Below, one piece after another: positions 61,441-64,000 of a stretch of DNA of 64,000 bases. Each line of letters opens with the position of its first letter. The stretch's first letter is position 1. Both the position numbers and the translations under genes were made by a program. Under the pieces are notes generated by a model that saw only the letters and a program-made list of their open reading frames with translations, made no database searches and had not been told where the DNA came from. Source of the DNA: an uncultured Phycisphaerales bacterium (GTDB lineage: Bacteria > Planctomycetota > Phycisphaerae > Tepidisphaerales > Tepidisphaeraceae); contig CAVWVQ010000003.1 of the NCBI GenBank assembly GCA_963758525.1, positions 2,560,001 through 2,624,000 on the forward strand, given 5' to 3'.

Positions 61441-61944
61441 ATGTCTACACCAAAAGAAATTGCAAAACCGGGCTCGGAACTGGATAGACACTTTCGCGCT
61501 GCAAACGTTCATGTCGAAGAACTTGAATCGTGCAAAAGCAATCGCGCCAAGGCGATCAAGATCGGCCAGTTCCTCGGACCAGTCGTGGGGCGTGAGGTTC
61601 CCATTCAGGTGAAGGGCCGCACAGGAAAAGCGATTCTCAAATCCCTCGACGGCCGGAGTGGACAGAAGCTCTATTACGCCGAGATTCGCTGGGACAGGCA
61701 ACAAGGCAGCGAATCGTCGCCTGCCACGATGCCCAAGATGCCCGCGGCAAATATGACTCCTGGCGGTGAACCTCGGCAAGCTGCGAAAAAGACAGGCGGC
61801 AAAACCCAAACCGCTCAAGAGCGTGAGACAAATGAACAGGGACGTCGACCAACACAACCTGCCGCCAAAGACAAGCTGAAGGTGACGACCCCAACGAGAA
61901 CAAAGGCAAAACCAGACGCTGCCGGCAACGTGGAGAAATGGTGA
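61441..61944 (+). CDS. Hypothetical basic protein
   Basis: GAGG RBS; starts 1 nt after the NTPase stop; low-complexity K/T/P-rich tail. Confidence 0.6.
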   Translation: MSTPKEIAKPGSELDRHFRAANVHVEELESCKSNRAKAIKIGQFLGPVVGREVPIQVKGRTGKAILKSLDGRSGQKLYYAEIRWDRQQGSESSPATMPKMPAANMTPGGEPRQAAKKTGGKTQTAQERETNEQGRRPTQPAAKDKLKVTTPTRTKAKPDAAGNVEKW

Positions 61945-62198
61945 ATGGTGAATAGCGTCAGACGGTATTCACCACTGATATTCATCACAGTTATGTCTCT
62001 GTAGGACAGAGGTTTATGCGAAAGTGGTGAATGTGGTGAATGTTTGCAGGGTCTATACACATGAGTACCAATCACAAACAACCAAATACTACCCTGCCGC
62101 GACGAGGGTAATTTTTAGCCCCAACATTCACCATTTGCCGTAACTGACCAGCAGACAAAGTTTTACCGGTGGTGAATGTTGCCGTGCGGGTATTCACC
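61940..62198. repeat. Iteron-like array, 8 exact GGTGAAT copies in both orientations (putative origin)
   Basis: Forward at 61940, 61947, 62026, 62035, 62171; reverse (ATTCACC) at 61967, 62126, 62192; AT-rich spacers. Confidence 0.75.
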
Positions 62199-62215
62199 AA
62201 CAAGAGAAAAAAGCC

Positions 62216-64000
62216 ATGAAAGTCACTTTTGGCCACAAGTCCTACCCCTTCCGCCCCTGGAAGCCTGAGATGGGTAAGGTGTTCTCCACGGTGTTCTCGT
62301 TCGACTCAGAAACGACGCTAATCGACACCGACCGCCCCTGGATCACCCCCGCATACGTGATCGGCGCAGTCTGCGGCGTCACCAGGAACGGCGGTGTTGA
62401 AGGTTTTTTTCTTCACCGCCAGCATGTCGCCGCATTCTTCGAGCTGCACCGCAATGTGCTGTTCGTGGCGCACCACGCTACGTTCGATTTGGCGGTCATA
62501 GATGTGGTTGCGCCCCGTCTGGACATCTATGGATGGGTCGACCGAAATCAAGTGTGGGATACGCAACTGCTGCACAAGCTGCTGGCGCTGGCGACTGAGG
62601 GTCATGTCGCCGGGGGCAAAGACCAATCCACACTCGAAACCTGCGTTCAGAAATACCTAGGAGTTGAGTTACCGAAAGACGTGGTGGATTCACGGGGCCA
62701 AGCTGTGCGACTTTCCTACGGACGCTGGTTGCGGGCGGCACCGTCAGAAATCGAGCCCATCTACCTTAATTACTTGGCAAAAGACGCCATCGCCACATTT
62801 CGGCTGTTCCTTGAGCTTCGCCGCCGCCACATTGACATTCTGTACAGTGCTAGTGACACGTGGGGGTTTGTCTCGGAGACGTGGCTCAAACGACAAATCT
62901 GTCTGTGGGGTTTCCAGACGCACCACATTCAGCTTCGCGCCGAGATTGTCCTCGGCAAGATCAGCGGCAACGGTCTGCATCTTGACCTGTCTCGCCGTGA
63001 CGCTCTGGCCGATACATTTGAAAACGTCGTCGTCGAAAAGAAAGAACAGCTCCGTGAATTCGGCTACCTTCCGGGTAAAGGGTCGGAGAAGGCGTTGCAG
63101 GCCATCTTCGCCCGACTGGAACGCAAGAATCCTGGGCTGAATTTTCCAAGAACTGATACGGGGAAGTTTTCCACCGCGCATGATGCGATCCAGGAGCTGT
63201 CAGATCATATCCCGTTTGCCAAGCTCCTGTTGGAATACCGCGAGGTGGAAAAACTGCGGGGGACATTTCTCACCAGAATGGTCAGACCCGTTCTTCATCC
63301 TTCGTTCCGCGCGATGACCCGGTCGGGCCGAGCGTCATCGCATGGTGAAATCAACAGCCAAAATCTTCCCAAGGACGATCGAATCCGCTCCTGTTTTGTG
63401 CCGTCGCCTGGTCACGTATTCATCGATGCGGACTATTCGACAGTCGAGATGGCCACACTCGCCCAGGCTTGCATCGGCCAGTTTGGATTGACATCGGGAA
63501 TGGGCAACGCGATCAATGCGGGCCAGGATCTGCACAAGCTGGTTGCCGCGAGAGTCACTGGCAAGCCGGTGGACCGGATCTCGAAGGCAGAGCGTCAGAA
63601 TGCAAAGCCAATCAATTTCGGCAAGCCCGGCGGGATGTCGAACAGAACATTGAAAGCGTACGCAAAGGCGAATTATGGCGTCGAGTTGACCGAACAAGAG
63701 GTCGAGGAGTTGTCCGATGCCTGGTTTGAACTGTTTCCTGAGATGAAAACATTTCTCAGCGATGAAAACAACCTCGGTCTGGAAATCGCAACACTATTCG
63801 AGCTGACCCCACAGTCGCACCACGAGCACTCCGGCGACACTCGATTTCTTAACCATCCGGAGAACGTAGGCTGTGGTGAACTGCCTCATCCGATTCTCGG
63901 CTGGATGTTGCTCAAGACTTCGGGGAGTCCAGATCCAGTAACACGAGGCAATCGGCCTTACCCAGCTTCCGACATAGACTATTTCTGGAGTGCCGTTGAG
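62216..64000 (+). CDS. Family A DNA polymerase with 3'-5' exonuclease, partial (595 codons, runs off the window)
   Basis: Open frame from ATG 62216 (absent from the ORF track): FDSET (ExoI), AHHATFD (ExoII), YLAKD (ExoIII), TRSGRASS..NSQNLP, DADYSTVE (motif A), DLH, RQNAKPINFG (motif B). Confidence 0.92.
   Translation, partial: MKVTFGHKSYPFRPWKPEMGKVFSTVFSFDSETTLIDTDRPWITPAYVIGAVCGVTRNGGVEGFFLHRQHVAAFFELHRNVLFVAHHATFDLAVIDVVAPRLDIYGWVDRNQVWDTQLLHKLLALATEGHVAGGKDQSTLETCVQKYLGVELPKDVVDSRGQAVRLSYGRWLRAAPSEIEPIYLNYLAKDAIATFRLFLELRRRHIDILYSASDTWGFVSETWLKRQICLWGFQTHHIQLRAEIVLGKISGNGLHLDLSRRDALADTFENVVVEKKEQLREFGYLPGKGSEKALQAIFARLERKNPGLNFPRTDTGKFSTAHDAIQELSDHIPFAKLLLEYREVEKLRGTFLTRMVRPVLHPSFRAMTRSGRASSHGEINSQNLPKDDRIRSCFVPSPGHVFIDADYSTVEMATLAQACIGQFGLTSGMGNAINAGQDLHKLVAARVTGKPVDRISKAERQNAKPINFGKPGGMSNRTLKAYAKANYGVELTEQEVEELSDAWFELFPEMKTFLSDENNLGLEIATLFELTPQSHHEHSGDTRFLNHPENVGCGELPHPILGWMLLKTSGSPDPVTRGNRPYPASDIDYFWSAVE

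Larger units (their letters stand above)
56259..64000 (+). mobile_element. tRNA-Ser-integrated element (left part only)
   Basis: Integrase directly after the tRNA 3' end, followed by xis, primase, NTPase and DNA polymerase; visibly more AT-rich codon use than the host; no host REP repeats seen. Confidence 0.85.

Noticed and set aside
61940..62198. CRISPR-like array in the element
   Set aside because: The repeats are only 7 bp, irregularly spaced and in both orientations
56259..64000. Delimiting the element with attL/attR
   Set aside because: No second copy of the tRNA 3' end was seen; the right boundary lies outside the window

Overview
A GC-rich bacterial chromosome window, most likely from a planctomycete. 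This is an inference from the 'LENRRLFS' extracellular N-terminal motif, the gene repertoire and the dense palindromic repeats; class Phycisphaerae is plausible. Most of it is housekeeping and envelope genes: an ABC ATPase start, mlaEFD with a STAS/anti-sigma kinase pair, prmC, a GH4 glycosidase, ettA, folD, acyl-ACP desaturase, alr, a ~2430-aa repeat surface protein, xylA, mutY, a five-lipoprotein cluster, holB, tmk, galK, trpD, thiL and tsaE. Small toxin-antitoxin-like cassettes (VapBC remnant, XRE, DUF6036-type NTase, two HEPN-like pairs) and several REP/short-repeat families are interspersed. Two regions stand out. (1) 48711-55912 is a co-directional cluster of a PflX-like radical SAM, Ycf46-like AAA+ ATPase, DUF1257-like and DUF2997-like small proteins, a Zn-ribbon/S26 peptidase homolog lacking its catalytic residues, a TPR protein and a lone PilT-type ATPase. 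(2) 56259-64000 is an element inserted right after tRNA-Ser(GCT). It carries a tyrosine integrase, excisionase, AEP-type primase with Zn finger, P-loop NTPase, an iteron-like GGTGAAT array and its own family A DNA polymerase (cut by the window end). Many genes, including tmk, carry single frameshifts that are best explained as sequencing indels. All product calls come from motif recognition by eye; no database searches were run.
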